A stretch of DNA of 64,000 nt from NCBI GenBank assembly GCA_964035545.1, contig OZ037773.1, positions 463,751-527,750 on the forward strand. The letters run 5' to 3'. The DNA comes from Bugula neritina (taxonomy: Eukaryota > Animalia > Bryozoa). Below, piece after piece: positions 14,701-28,532 of this stretch (position 1 is its first letter; the number at the start of each line of letters is the position of its first letter). The translations under genes were made by a program, and so were the position numbers. The notes beneath the pieces are model-generated. The model had not been told where the DNA came from. It saw only the letters and a list, made by a program, of their open reading frames with translations, and searched no databases.

Positions 14701-17700
14701 GTAGATCGGCAAGGATACGTCTGTCGGCCTGTGGGACACTTTCTCTGCAATATTCTTAGTATTTTAAACAGATCAAGTTTAATAAACTAGTCTTCTAATA
14801 AACAAGTATTCGAATGAACAAGTCTTTTAATAAAGAAGTTATTCCAAACCATACACTCTTATTATCAACCATATAGTAGTAGGTTTCAGTTAATTCAGGT
14901 TTCTTATATAAAAGTTCCTTTTAAATAAGACTAGATTGGTGTGAATGAGTTCACATACCTGTATCTATAGGCTCAGAACCTTGCGAGTGGGCAGTGAGAA
15001 TAACACTGGGGGTGTTCGCATCCCCCGGATCTAACCTTCTGTGAGACATCTCTAGCCTAGATGGCCCTGAGTAAAACCTTGACCTTCTGCAAGCATCACA
15101 GAGGTTATGATGGTAATTTGTCACATAGAATTTTGATAAAGTATGTAAAAGCAAGCCTATCTATGTAAACCATAGAAGGAGCTAAATGACATTCTATCAA
15201 TATTGTAGTATATTTATTAAAGAACCAGCTATCCACTAAGGGCATGTATAATATCCTTTAAAATCTCTTTTAATAGGATCAACTCTCATTTTGTCTTTTT
15301 CATATCGGCACTTAAACTTGACATGACATACTGATGAGATGTTATCTGCAGTAGCTAACAGGTATGCAAGTCACGAGATAAAGAATTTCCAAACTGCTCA
15401 GCTATTCACAGTACTTGGTTGTGTAAACAGTACATGTATGTTTGTCTCGGTATTTTGAAACAAGTAAAATATAGAGCATAATGAGTCATTGGGCTTCTAA
15501 GAAAGCTGCTATAAAACAAATGATTACATGAATGAATGGGGCGTGTTACTGATTAAACTATGGGGGCTGCCGGGGAGTTACAACTCCACAGATTCAACAA
15601 CCACCAAGGAAACATGTCAATGTGAAGGAAATCTGAGAAGTAAATGATAAACAAGAAACTCGGACCAAAATGCATAATATGAGATGAACAATGATCACAA
15701 GTAGAAGTTAAGCCTACAATATAATGCAATATTGTAGAACATACAAAATCAAAACTCAAGCAGGTAAAACTATTCACCTGAGAATAGAGTTTGCAGGTAC
15801 GTTGACAGAAGGGAGAGATTTGTTGAGGAGAGATTCTCTCCGAGCCGTGTAAACTTGTCGACTGACTTCTGGGTAGTTCTGGGTAATAGCAGACGTGAGG
15901 GCTTGGGGGAGAGGCAGGTAGCCAGTTCTGGTGAAATCAGCGTTTAGCAGGCGAATAGGGTTATTATAATCATTCTAGAACATGTATTTGAAGACAACTC
16001 CTAATAGCTTAACATATTATCTTAGCAAATATGTGACATATAACAGCCTCTCATTCGCTTATGTGTAGGGCCACACGACGCGTTTTACTCGAGCGTGATG
16101 GGCATGACGTGCGAGAAATCCCATTAGAACACACGCTAGTGACCTGCCACACACAGTGCATGTGTTGCGAGTGCAAAAAATTATTAGCCGATGATGTTAT
16201 CGTTAAACTTTACTGCTCGCCTACAGACGTTTGTTTCTAAACTACGTCATCGGATTTGGATATCATAAAAATGGAAATGCAAACTATATAAAACTGTTTT
16301 AATTCAGCTGGCTAGAAGTTAAATCGTAAATTAAAATTAAAAAATGTGCTCGCTAAATATTACATGGTAATAAGCCAATTAGATCAAACTGTGTCGCACA
16401 AGCGTGTCGCACTTTTCGCTCAGCATGTTAGACGCTTGAAAATCCGCACGCAATGTCCAATTTTTGGGCTAAATGGGATTTCTCGCACGTCACGCTCATT
16501 GTAAAACGCGTCGTGTGGCCCTACATTATATCTTTTGAATAGCTTGCTACTGCCATTAAACAATTACTTTAATTAGAAGTGTTTTATTTGTTTGATGCAC
16601 TAATTAACGGTATTATTTACTAAACAGTGTAAAATGTCTGTTTTTAAATGCACAACCAAGTTCCTTGTATACTTCAGTAAAAGGCAAAGGAAGTAGGAGA
16701 GGCATGGCCAATCTTCTTAAAAACTTGCAAAAGAATTTGATTAAAGATTCCACTTACCAAAATTAATGTCAAGAATATTGGATGAACTATAGCAAACCTA
16801 GATTAATGTAAAAGATTTTTAAATCCCTAAAATGAAGTTTGTAAACACTAATTAGTGAGGATACCTCTGTGCTACCTTTATTCCTATACAGCAGGTTAAA
16901 GGTGAACGGAATACTATTAATAAACCAAAAGATAAATATAGAATACACTTCTGTATGTTGAAATATCAGTATCTCAATGATAATACATGACTATCAACGC
17001 GACTAAAAGTTTTAGTGTCAGACTATCATACTAAGGGGGGGGGGGGGTGAACCAATCCAGCCTTCCTTTATTAGAAGCTAGAGAACTGTGGGTTGAAAGT
17101 TTATAAAATGCTAAAAGACATCTTGTCTAACACTAACCGGTCCCGGAGCCTGTTTGTTGTACCGCCTCCGTCTCTGGTTGTTCTCATTTAGACTCAGCCC
17201 TTGCCATGCATTGCCATCTGTGCTGCAAGATACACACATCTACTAATTTGTTACTATGCAGCATTTATGAAGTCATTGTAGCCTGAGGGCAGAGATATTA
17301 CACTAACCGGTGGAGTTGGTGGACGGGGGACCAAGGTTCAAAGTCTACACTCTCGTAGATATGATCTGCAGAATTCGCTCTGGATGACTGTTCGCTGTTT
17401 GCAGATGTTGGCTACAGAAAAACCAGCTACACTGATACACAACTGTCAGCATTGTACCATTACAAATAGAAATGTAAAAGAAATCAAAGACTAAAATTAC
17501 AGCAAAAATAAACCTGATACATAATTTAGCCATTGTAAAAAATAGTTTTTCATTATGAATAACTGCAAAATTTTATAATATATTGCATAGCATGTTATTT
17601 ATGTCCTTTGCATATTAAATTGCATTACGTTATGTTTATATTCTATTTTTACATTATGATATATATTTATTATATCAAATATTATGTATTATAATGTTAT

Positions 17701-20700
17701 GTTACATAGTATTATATGGTGAATTATCCATAAATCATACTACATATAAGAAAACCATAATGCATTACCCAATTACTATGTTATTATGATACAGTATTCT
17801 ATAACATAAGATGAGTATTGCCTTAGGACCATCAACACACCTGAATGTGAGGTAGGGAGGTCTGGTTAGGGCGAGGTCTCCAGGAACCCCCAGAGAGTCC
17901 TTCTGGGAGACTATTCAGAGGTAGCAGACTGATGTGGCCAGCAGCGTTCCTGACAGGCACAAGCATCAGGTGTTCTCCGTCAGGACCGCTTTCAGCTAAC
18001 AGACGCTGACCTGTGCCCTGGTGTGGCAGCAGGAAATACCATGTAGGCAATATAGACAGAGGTAGAAGTACATGATACAAATATACTCATGCAAGTTTAT
18101 AGTCACCATCTCTGGGAGAAAACCTCTTATGAAAAGGGTTTTATTAAATCTGGTTAAGGACTTATTCAGATGAGGCACAGGAGCAATTGTGACTGGATGC
18201 TCTTCCTAACATCACCAATGACTTTTGTCTGGGTTCAAACCCATGACTTCTTAGTTTATAAGCAAATTTTCAAACCCCGAGATCCTTGGCTGCTCCCTAA
18301 GTGCGTGACACAAATACTCAAACGTTTTGCGAGGATTATAAAATTCAAAACTCCTAATGTATAAAGCATGGCTATAATAATCCTAAATCTACTAGCCAAT
18401 GTATTATTAAAATAGCATACGAGTGTTTGGTTTGGAGTTTCTGGTGAGAGAGTGTTTCTCAAATAATAATCTTCAGCTGTTATCAATGTTGGAGAAGTTG
18501 CCCTATAAAAGAAAACAAATCATTCCAATATTAAGTAATACTCCCTGAATTTTGCTGTACATCAAATTTGACAGCAAACTTCTACAGCTTTTTGAAATTC
18601 TCTTAAAACCAAATTTAAACTGTAACTCAGAATTACCGAGTTTGAGTGGCGGTTCTGTTTTGATTTCCTGTTTCTGCAGCTTGTCTGTTGGTGACATCTC
18701 GGGGAACACCTTCTGGTGAATTACTGAGTCGTGCCATTCCCACTCTTTGTACATACGGAGGAGACAAGTAGGAAAAGTCCTTCTACAGAATGTATCCAAC
18801 AGGGTATAATGTGTAATCATTTCCACTGAGCAGGCATTCTGGCTGTAAGGTGAGGGGATATAATCTAATGAACAGGGAGGGGGTTCTAAGCCAGCTAACA
18901 TGGCAGCAACAGAAAAAGCATATTCAAGCTTAAGCAGAACAAAAGGAATAAATAAATTTCAGCTGTAATATGCAGCAGCCGATTGAAATCAAATATTCTA
19001 TGAATGAAGAAAGATGATAAACATGAGATGTACATACTTGTAAAGCACCAGTTGGTGCTAGTAGCTGTTGATAGAGTTGATGTCCCTCTGCATGTACTTT
19101 CTTACTAACTACTGGCTGGGTGTCAAGGACACTAGGTGACGTCTGCGTCTTTCTCCTCACTCTCTTAGTCCTGTGTCTCGAACGTGAACTGACATCAGTC
19201 AGAGCTTCTGTAGACACGTTTTCTAGGCCGCTGTTTGCTGTCACTTCCAGGGTTCTACTTTTCTCTGACTGGTGTACGGAACTATAGCTATAAGGTAAAG
19301 ATTGTGCAGAGTTCAGACTCTCTACTCTACTTTGACCAGAAGTTTGCACTGCAGCATCAAGTTGGTATTTGAAGGAACTGCTGCTGCCCACCACAGATGT
19401 CTGTCCCGACATCAACTTTGTGCTGGTAATACTTTGGTCACTAATGTACTCTTGGAGTTGTCTTATATAAAAGTCTGCCGCGCTTGGTGACAGTGAGCTT
19501 TTCTTGGTGCCTTTGGTGTCAGTTTGAATGACCTTCAAATGAGACTGTGAACTTTCGGAGCTGCAAACATTAATGTGTTTTTGCAAATAATTCTTACTAA
19601 AACTTCATTGGAATAGCATACTATGTTTCATGACAACATGTTCTATTTGCAAATATCTTATTAAAACAAAAACAAAGTCACTTTGACGTTTTGCTATATG
19701 GTTTTTACAGTTGAAAAAACTTTGCATGTTGGCTTTATTCTTTATTCTAAGAATTTTTTAGTTGAGGATGCTTGGAATTTATTTTATTTCTCATTTTGAC
19801 AAAGCAGTAAGCGTAATGTTTGATAGAAATTATAGTATAACACAGCCTACCCTACCCTACACTAGTACAGCTTACCCTACCCTACCCTACCCTAGCACAG
19901 CTTACCTTACCCTAGCACAGCTTACCCTACCCTAGCACAGCTTACCTTACCCTAGCACAGCTTACCCTACCCTAGCACAGCTTACCCTACCCTAGCACAG
20001 CTTACCCTACCCTACCCTAGCACAGCTTACCCTACCCTAACTAATCTACCCTACCTTACCCTAGCACAGCCTACCCTACCCTAGCACAGCTTACCCTACC
20101 CTAACACAGCTTACCCTACCCTAGCACAGCTTACCCTACCCTAGCACAGCTTACCCTACCTTACCCTAGCACAGCCTACCCTACTCTAGCACAGCTTACC
20201 CTACCCTACCCTAGCACAGCTTACCCTACCCTAACTAATCTACCCTACCTTACCCTAGCACAGCCTACCCTACCCTAGCACAGCTTACCCTACCCTAACA
20301 CAGCTTACCCTACCCTAGCACAGCTTACCCTACCCTAACTAATCTACCCTACCTTACCCTAGCACAGCCTACCCTACTCTAGCACAGCTTACCCTACCCT
20401 AGCACAGCTTACCCTACCCTAGCACAGCTTACCCTACCCTAGCACAGCTTACCCTACCCTAACACAGCTTACCCTACTCTAGCACAGCTTACCCTACCAC
20501 AGCTTACCCTACCCTAACTAATCTACACTACCCTAACCTCAATTATCACAGCCCAACTTATACTTCAGCTAATAAATACTGCTAGCAAGATGTTTCGTCA
20601 CCAAAATATAAATGAAAAACACTTCTAATTTACTTCAGCATACCCATCGGCAGCAGTGAGCTGTGCACCCGCTGGGAGTGTCAGCGTAGTGTCATTGGTA

Positions 20701-22647
20701 TAAGCAGCATATCTGGAGTTGGTAATAGTTGCTTGATTGTTTAATCCCAAATTTTCTAGCACAGTTATTTCTTCAGAGTTGTCCATACTGATGAGTGGAA
20801 GAGGTGGAGAGGAAGCCTCAGTAGCAAGAGGTAGAACTTCTAGCTCAAGGGCTTCTGGGAAACTAGAATTGGGAGACCAAAAACATATGAAAAACAATAA
20901 ACAATGATACTAGTCGGCATTTTAAAATTAATCAAACAAATTTTATTTTATTTGCCACAGAAATCAACTGTTGAACATGTTTATACCTTTTAACCCTTGA
21001 CTCTTGAGTTTGACTTTCCATATCAGCAAGATCTTGTCTGCTGCTAGGTGACATTGACCTCAACTCTAGGATGTGAGACCGCGAGTTTGATGCGGTGAGA
21101 TACAAGCTGCTTTGATCAGAGACATTATCTGTGGATCTTCTATTTTCATTTAACCCAAGCTGAATAACTTCAGCTGGTTGATTAGGCTCAGCATCTGGTA
21201 GCCAATACCTTTCATTGTCCTTGAAAGTATGACTAGTCTTGAAGCAACAATAAAAACCATTATACATCCTATTTGTATTGTATCAGAAGTAGTAATTTTT
21301 ATCTAAAAGGTGAAATGCTAAGCTATGAGGGATTCATAGCAAATTCAGTTATGTGAAGTAAATTCAGTATAAGTTAGGGCACATAACCGTTAAACACATA
21401 TTTTGCCAAAATGCAATTTTGGCCCTGTTAGGCCCAGGCAAAGTAGGGCAACAATAATAAAATATTTCTCTGTTTTAAATCCTTCACTGAAAACATTTTG
21501 AAATAAAAAACTATTATGCTTTGTAAATTTGCTCCTTACTTTGAATAGCTCAGAGACTGAAATATTATGAATTGCCAGGATTTTAGTTTATAGATATGAC
21601 TGTTGTTTTATAATTAACATTCTAGTTTAAACTAGCAGACGGTCTCTTTAACTCACTGTTGGTATTGTGTTTCTGTTTACTACCCTGTTGGCATCTTCAT
21701 GTCTCTCACACTCTTCAGTCAAATGGTCAACCACCTCACCATATGTGTCAAATGATTTCTGACACTGAGGACATCTGTGAAAAGTGCCATAGTTATATTT
21801 TAATTAGAAGCAAAAAGTGCAGGAAAAATGATCTTTATTTTATTCTTATTTTAATATTTTGTTAGAATCAAAAAAATTTAGTTGAAACTCAATTCCAGTA
21901 AAACATTTTTGCCACTACCATGAACCTCAAACTGAAAAATTGGATTTTGGTTACTTAGAATCAGAATGATGGTCATAAAATTAACTTATATTCTAATAGT
22001 AATAGGAATACTCAGACTACCAGTATCTAGTATCTAGCTACACTAATACTAGTACTATGACTATATAGTTATAGTGATACTAATAGTAATACTAATTAAT
22101 AATATTAGGAGTATAATAATATTCATAATATAGTTACACCAACACTATTAGTCTATACTCTATTACTATAACTATTGTCTATTAGTAATTGAGTATTACT
22201 ATTAGTATTAGACTTAGTATTACTAATAGTAGGTATAACTATGACCATCTAGTATCTAGTTACACCAACACTAATACTGTGACTATATAGTTACACTAAT
22301 ACTAAAACTATGACTTGCGTGAATGCAATAAATAAAACTAGTTACACTAATTCATAATATAATATGTTCGTGCACCCACAGCAATTACCTAACATCTACC
22401 AGCTGATAAATTAGTGCAGCAAATGAGTTGAGAAGATTGCTTAGTAACTTAGCAGACAACTCCAGCTACTTTGATGTAGAACACCGACCTCTGGGCTTCT
22501 GATGACGTACTTTAAACCAAAATGTGATAATCAAGGACACACGCACAGCAAACACACACCATGTAATTGTAAAATGAAAATGTAAAGCTTGGGTACTTAC
22601 TCTATGGCTAACAAATAGTCGTCTGTGTTATCCAAATCAGATGCCAT
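247..22647 (-). CDS. Large multi-exon gene (possibly two genes) for an uncharacterised Ser/Gln/Pro-rich low-complexity protein with a candidate N-terminal C2HC zinc finger; 3' end probably outside the window
   Basis: More than 25 GC-richer open segments, all on the minus strand and bounded by GT/AG (e.g. ~3133-4077, ~6522-7308, ~19037-19560, ~20632-20864, ~20987-21237). Candidate first exon MASDLDNTDDYLLAI (22601-22647, phase 2) joins in phase to an exon at ~21656-21775 encoding CPQCQKSFDTYGEVVDHLTEEC. The full exon chain was not resolved and no family was recognised. Confidence 0.6.
2010..2253. repeat. Intronic minisatellite, 40-bp unit, about 6 copies
   Basis: Unit CTACAGAACAGGAAGTAGTATGATGTCACAAGAGTATCGT, directly abutting a minus-strand splice acceptor at ~2007. 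Confidence 0.9.
2690..2775 (+). mobile_element. Degenerate tRNA-derived SINE-like fragment
   Basis: A-box-like TAATGGTTAGCAC and B-box-like GGTTCAATTCC; no intact cloverleaf; a similar fragment lies at ~26868-26950. Confidence 0.4.
4538..5045. repeat. Intronic AT-rich minisatellite (TACTGTATTACTATATAA-type units)
   Basis: Direct inspection; it generates the spurious Tyr/Ile-rich ORFs. Confidence 0.9.
5996..6256. repeat. Intronic minisatellite, 48-bp unit, about 5.5 copies
   Basis: Unit AGATACACTCAGTTATACATGTATATAACATCATGTAAAGTAAGTTAC. Confidence 0.9.
6960..7175 (-). repeat. Coding 21-bp tandem repeat encoding (VPGTPQV)-type heptads, about 10 copies
   Basis: Lies inside the open exon of ORF 6482..7324; copies differ partly at synonymous positions. 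Confidence 0.85.
8140..8297. repeat. 17-bp tandem repeat GACAGTATATTAGTAGT
   Basis: About 9 copies, with further copies at ~7963-7990. Confidence 0.9.
8608..8753. repeat. 22-bp tandem repeat CTGTCTCTATAAATATCATATA
   Basis: About 6.5 copies near a minus-strand acceptor. Confidence 0.85.
10791..11166. repeat. 21-bp tandem repeat ATAGCCTTAGAGTGAGTACAT
   Basis: About 18 copies ending next to the minus-strand donor at ~11175. Confidence 0.95.
11448..11606. repeat. 15-bp tandem repeat ACTAGCAGCGTTAGA
   Basis: About 10 copies; an (AT)n microsatellite follows at ~11700-11751. Confidence 0.9.
16068..16521. mobile_element. Non-autonomous DNA transposon (MITE) with long terminal inverted repeats
   Basis: Left end GGGCCACACGACGCGTTTTAC and right end GTAAAACGCGTCGTGTGGCCC are perfect inverted repeats; subterminal TGACGTGCGAGAAATCCCATT is also inverted; TA on both flanks; no ORF. 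Superfamily uncertain (ends resemble PIF/Harbinger). Confidence 0.85.
19840..20537. repeat. Compound minisatellite, 20-bp unit CCTAGCACAGCTTACCCTAC with ACCCT sub-repeats
   Basis: Direct inspection; strongly C-rich on plus and G-rich on minus. Confidence 0.95.
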
Positions 22648-24120
22648 GCAATTCTATTCCACCTTCACTTACATTATTATAATCAACAAGTGGGACTAAT
22701 TAGTTAGCATTTATAACTAGCAATGTGTTGCAACATTTTGACAGACACAATGACATTGGGTCAAAAACTATTTTTAGTAATTCCATTGTTGCTCTTATGT
22801 AGCTTGATTTACAGAGGCAACTTTTAGTATAATGTTCTACTCTATGAAGTTCATTTTAACACCATTTGATTACTGCGGGCATTTTTGTATCCCATCTTCA
22901 AATATGTAGAGAGAACACAACTTCGAATCAAAATCATTTGCCAGAAGCAATACAAAACAACAAAATGAAATGTGGTTCACGAAGTATATACCTATGCCCT
23001 ATGGTGTGTCTGTATGTTTTTGTCGAAAAGAAAAGCAAAATTCACATGAGATGTAAAAACCAAAATAACTAAATAACAGCTAATTGCAATGAAAACCAAC
23101 TTTGTAAATTATACACAAGCAAAATAAATGCTGGTGGTGTCCAGCTAAGGGGTATGTCTACCTTAGATCATATTAACTCCCCCTGCAGGACCTTGGAACC
23201 CACCCTTCCCATTCCTCTAAATTATACCCGAGACTATATTATGTTCTGGTACAATAAACTTGAATTGTTTACATATCAACGTTGCACGTTATATTCATTG
23301 CTGATATAACAATTGTATTGTTTATTTTTTGTTCATTTATTTTTATCTATTTCAGAGCTATGGGAAGGCTATATTTTGTATTTACTTATATATTATTATA
23401 TATCATTATATTTACTTATATACTTATATATTATTCATACTTTGCCCTGACAAACACTTCAATAGCAGCTGAGTTTTTTAAGTTGCTATACATAAATGTC
23501 TTATATTTTAAATATTATAGAGAAAGTTAATATTTAAAAGCAGAGAGCACAGATTACTTTTCAACGTGCTTTTTAATCCAATAAATTATTTTGCTGAATC
23601 TAGAATCAGATGTAAACAGTGCAACTTTAGATTTCATAATGTTTTGCTAGTTATTCCTAAATACTACGTTTCTACTTGATTAAGTCATATTCAGTGTTTG
23701 AATATAATTCCATGTAGGTAGAACATGACTTAAAGTAGAGACTTGAATATCATGGAAAAGTAATTGTTTATTGCCAAAAATAAAAACTGAAGTTATCTAG
23801 GATTTCAGACCAAAACCAAAGCTATTGCAACAACATAAATCATAAAAAACTATACATACATGATCATGCTTAAACATAAGTTTTGCTTATAAATTAGTGA
23901 TTTCAGTAACTAATAGTTATTTTGCAGTTCAAACCGAAAGATTCAGAGAGAAGTGTACGTAAAATTGAATAGCTTCCACTGCTCTAGTTTTAGTAGAATA
24001 TGTCAGCATGGAAATATTTCTGTATAACTACAAAACAAAACCATGATGTCCCAAACTAATAATAAAAAATAAACTCAAACATTTGATCCGCAGGAACAAA
24101 TGAAAAGCCAATCGAGTGAA

Positions 24121-27100
24121 TCATCTTTCTATTTTAAAAACATGCAGTTTCCTGTCACTCCATCCTGGCACGGCAATAATTCCGTCTTTAATGCTTGGCA
24201 CTCCGCCAGTTTTTGGTAAATCATCGTGAATGAGAGTCGTAAGTAAATTGCCTGCAAATTGAAATTAGTTGTACTTTAACTAATGCCAAATGCATTTCTC
24301 ATTGTCCCTTTGGCTGGAACCAAAATGTGTTTGTTAATAAGACCTTGATTTTGCAACAGTATTTAAGAATGGAAAAATATTTAGTCGCCTTACCTCCCAG
24401 TGAGATGATGTAGATTGCTCTTTGGTTATTTCTGGTAGAAACGTAGATAAGTTCGTCAGAGTCTGTGCACAACCTGTTTCCGCTTTTTAATTTGTCACAT
24501 TGCCAGATACTTGTCAGAGCCCCATCTTCAAACTTATACTTGATCAGTTTACCTTCACCAAGCCCGAGCAAATGACCGTCAGACAAAAAGTGTAAACTCC
24601 GTGGGAAAACTGCGGGAATAAAACTTTCCTTTTGCTCAGTCTGTAAATCAAAAATGATAAGTTCTTTGCTGTCCGGATTATTGAACGCAATGTATCTGTC
24701 CGAGACCGTCATATCTGCTGCACCATCACCAGTCTGTTCAAAGCTCAACAGCTCTTCCCTTTCTGTGAAACAGCCATTCAAACACATTTCTATTTTACAT
24801 TTATTAGCATCTTTTTGTAAAATGTAAATATGATCTCCGTTGTGTTCAACAGCAGTTGTTACTGCAACTTTATCTGTCATCTTCCGTGTAACCATTTGGT
24901 AGTTCCTGTTCAGAAGCTGTACTCCGGAATGAGTAGCAATAAGAATACCGCGCTTCCGTTTATGACTTGCTGAGTAACAAAAACCATCTGTTCCATGTTC
25001 AGATAGGGGCTTCAGTGCAGAGGGCAGCGTCATGAGTCTAATATTAAGCTGAGAATCAGTGTCGTAGCCTGCAATACAAATCAGACATATACATAAAGCT
25101 ATAACTTTTGGACACAATATTTGCTATGGTTCTCTATTTATGAGCAAATCCAATAAAATGCATTTGATAGGCTGTCATGGTTTGACAAGTATAATGCATG
25201 GGTGATCCTATTGCAAGTCTGAAACGCATGAAACTGACTAATAGAGAAATAATTTGCAAATAAAATCAAACTACCGTCTATAAATATTTCAATTTCTTAT
25301 GATTGAGTTCTCTAACAATATCCATGAATTTGACCTGTTATGTAAGGTGTACCATTTTAATCGGTGCCGTTTTTACCAAGCACTGCTTAGTACTTATAAA
25401 GACTTCTCTATTTTAAAAACATTTATAAATTATTCATAACGAAAACAAGTTTATAGATATGCTTCTACTTCAGTTAACACTGTACTATACTCTGTCCTAT
25501 TACTGTGAAAAACACTCGCACGGTACTATACTTTGTCCTATTACTGTGAAAAACACTCGCATGGTACTAACTCTGTGGGTCGAGGTTCTCAACAACACTT
25601 GGTGTGTTATCAATAAGAATCTGATCTGGGCCCTGTTTCTCTATTGTCTCTACTCTCTCAGCTAATCCCTTCTTCTGCTTGATCATCTCAGTAATGTGAC
25701 CATTATTCAGCAGAGTCTGCATTTCGGCAGTCAACTTCTCCAGGTTGTCTTTCTTCATCATCAGCTGGTTGTAATGATACTCCACCTGACTGGTAATCTT
25801 TGCTCTGTGATTAGTTATCTGTTGTATCAGTGATTGACTCTCTTCCTCTATTGTCCTGATCTGCTCACACATAAAACATGGTAGTATATGTGGTGAAGAC
25901 CAAGTTACATGGAATAGAACTTTAAAATTACATGCCTCAGCTAAATTGTTAATTCAACTTATCTATTACTATTGGAAACCTTCAGTAATCAACAAGGAGT
26001 AATACATAAATAATTGGCTAAGCTTATTCAATAGAGAGACAGTGTATTCTATATAAAGCAATAGTAGACTGATTCATAACACAAAACATTGCTACATTTA
26101 TGTTTACAAAATGTTGTGTGTGTGGGTAGTAATAAGTAATAACATTCTAATTAAAATTATCAAACTAACAGGACAATGAAACAAAGTGGGGTTTTATTGG
26201 TCAAAGTAAAATTAGGTTAATTCACTGGTTGATGACAGCCTATTTCACATAACAGCCTTTTCTATCAGTTATAACTTCCCTTTTCTATGATTGCTATATC
26301 ACTTTACAACGCACGCACGCACACGCGCGCGCACACACGCGCCCAAACGCATGCACGGGCACACACATGCACATGTGATTGGATAGTTAAACAATCCTTC
26401 ATTATTAATGACTACACCTCATATATCTTTGATTTGCAAGCATTCTATTCCTGTCACGTTAGCCTGATGTTTCTCACTTACTCTAATGTGCTTTTAAAGG
26501 AGGTAAAATATGTCACCTCATTACTTGCTTCAGTTAATTCAAAAGCACTGAGTGTAATTTAATCAAGGTTAAACATGGTGGATGCTGTAGCTGTACCAAC
26601 TTGAATATTTTTAACTCTTATAATCTCCTTCAACATTTCTCCGCATTTCTGCTCTTGAATGTCTAAGTCTCGCCATATTTTCTTGTCCTGCTCTAACACT
26701 TCCATTTTTTTCTGAGCAACGCTTTTAATCTGAGCTTCTAAATACGAGTTGACTTGGGCTTTCAACGACGTGAGGGATTTGAATTTATGTGATTTCAGTC
26801 CTAAAACATATTGGAGTTGTTTTAGCACATGCAAGAACTCCATTATGCAGTGTTGAGTTTACCCAGTTGCCCCTGTAGAGTAATGCAAGTTTGTAAGCCG
26901 GAGGCATCCGGTTCAAATCCCAGTAAAGGCAAAAGTTTTATGCATTTTAAGGTACTGTATTTTTACATTAATTATACTGTGCGGGTTAAACTGTGAACCT
27001 AACGTCTTTGATTAACAATCAATGATATTTTGCTACTAACCAGTGAGAATGCATAAGAATGTACCTGTGCAATCAGTTGCATCAATCTCGCACTCAAAGC

Positions 27101-28532
27101 AGACAAGCTTATCACATGTGATGCAGGCTCTCACAAGGACATCTTCGTGCTGGGGGCATAATGGTCTACTATACTGAGAGGGAGCTTTTTGATAGATGTT
27201 AATATCAACTTCCTTGTGTGAACTTCCAAAGTGTGACTGGTGTGTCTGAAATATAATATTTTAATTTGTAAAAACTACGTATATGGATTTGATAAGATAT
27301 GCATATATTTTTAAACAAACTTTCAAAAATCATTTTAAAAACAAAAAATTCTGTCTGTAGGTTAAAGCTGCTATATATATATTGGCCAGTAAGAAACTTG
27401 TCAACCTACATGGAAGTATTGTTGATTGCATAGCAATGGAGAGTAAACTGACGTTAGAAATATTATTAGGAATTGTCTTCCTTTTTAGAAAGAAACATCA
27501 GAAAATATACAATAAAGAACATAATGTTAATATAACTACTAATCCTAAACCTTTGTTTCGTGTAGTTTTATGTAACATAAACAATGCAACAGATGAAATG
27601 TTTTTTGAAAATATAAACTTTACAAATTTCTAATAATAACATAATCTGTTTCAAGAAAAATTTTGCTATTAATTTTCTATGACTGTTTTTCTTTAATTTA
27701 GTATAAATTTAAGTTTAAAACTTGCATAGAAAACTGAGCAATTGAAATAGTGTTTTGCTACACAAAAATGAAAAAGCACAAGCTTGGCAAAATCAAATTT
27801 TATAGAGGTTTTTGACAAGCATTAAATAATATACTTTAGTTTATGTACCTCCCAATGCCGAGAGCAGAGCTTGTCTCCACATGTCACACAATAACATTTG
27901 GCTATTTGACCTTGACATTTGTTAGCCGTGCAAAACAAATCTTCTCTTGCAGCAACTTTTGCTAAGCTATCAACATTCAGTGACCTGTGCACCTTCCTGT
28001 GAACAGAAAAAATATCTTTTCTAACATGCGAGTTAACTTCTATAGCAGCATACTCTGTGTGTTGTTGTAACTTTGCTAGTTACTACAAGTATGGGTTATT
28101 AGTGTGTGCTTGCTGTGCTAGAACATAACTCTTCTAGATAGGCTTCGGGGAGAGAACCAAGTATCAGTTGTAGTTGAACAAAATTGTAATGGCTAGCAGA
28201 AGTAACCCCCCCCCCCCCCGTGTCCCCCCCCCCAGTGTTCTCTGGTAAACATAATGTGATGGATTATGGTCAGGAACGCCGTCTCTATTCCAGTCATGTC
28301 GCCTGTACATGCGGCGGCGCCTTCATTTGATACACTTACTATACGAATATGTCACGTGTGACACTTACTTGCAGGTAGGGCAAGTGACTGATTTGTGTTT
28401 CTTGTAATGTCCTTGAATACAACTCAGACAGAATGCATGTAGACAGGGCAACTCCCTTGGATCTCTCATAAATTCCTTCCTTGAAATACAATAGCCACAC
28501 TCGTAGTTGGTTGGTAGAGATGAGGCGGCCAT
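24121..28532 (-). CDS. TRIM-family E3 ligase: RING, B-box, B-box, coiled coil, divergent NHL-like beta-propeller; 7 exons, about 595 aa
   Basis: Exons 28532-28369 (MAASSLPTNYECGYC...LPCLHAFCLSC...CPTC, C3HC4 RING), 27996-27849 (CTANKC...CYCVTCGDKLCSRH), 27245-27065 (CPQHEDVLVRACITCDKLVCFEC), 26800-26601 and 25860-25572 (coiled coil), 25068-24394 and 24251-24121 (beta-rich repeats, TGA). All junctions are GT-AG and phase-consistent, 1788 nt in total. Confidence 0.9.
26868..26950 (+). mobile_element. Degenerate tRNA-derived SINE-like fragment in a TRIM intron
   Basis: B-box-like GGTTCAAATCC followed by GGCAAAAGTTTTA, resembling 2690-2775. Confidence 0.35.

Noticed and set aside
19840-20537. 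Interstitial telomeric repeat
   Set aside because: Unit is ACCCT-based inside a 20-bp minisatellite, not (CCCTAA)n
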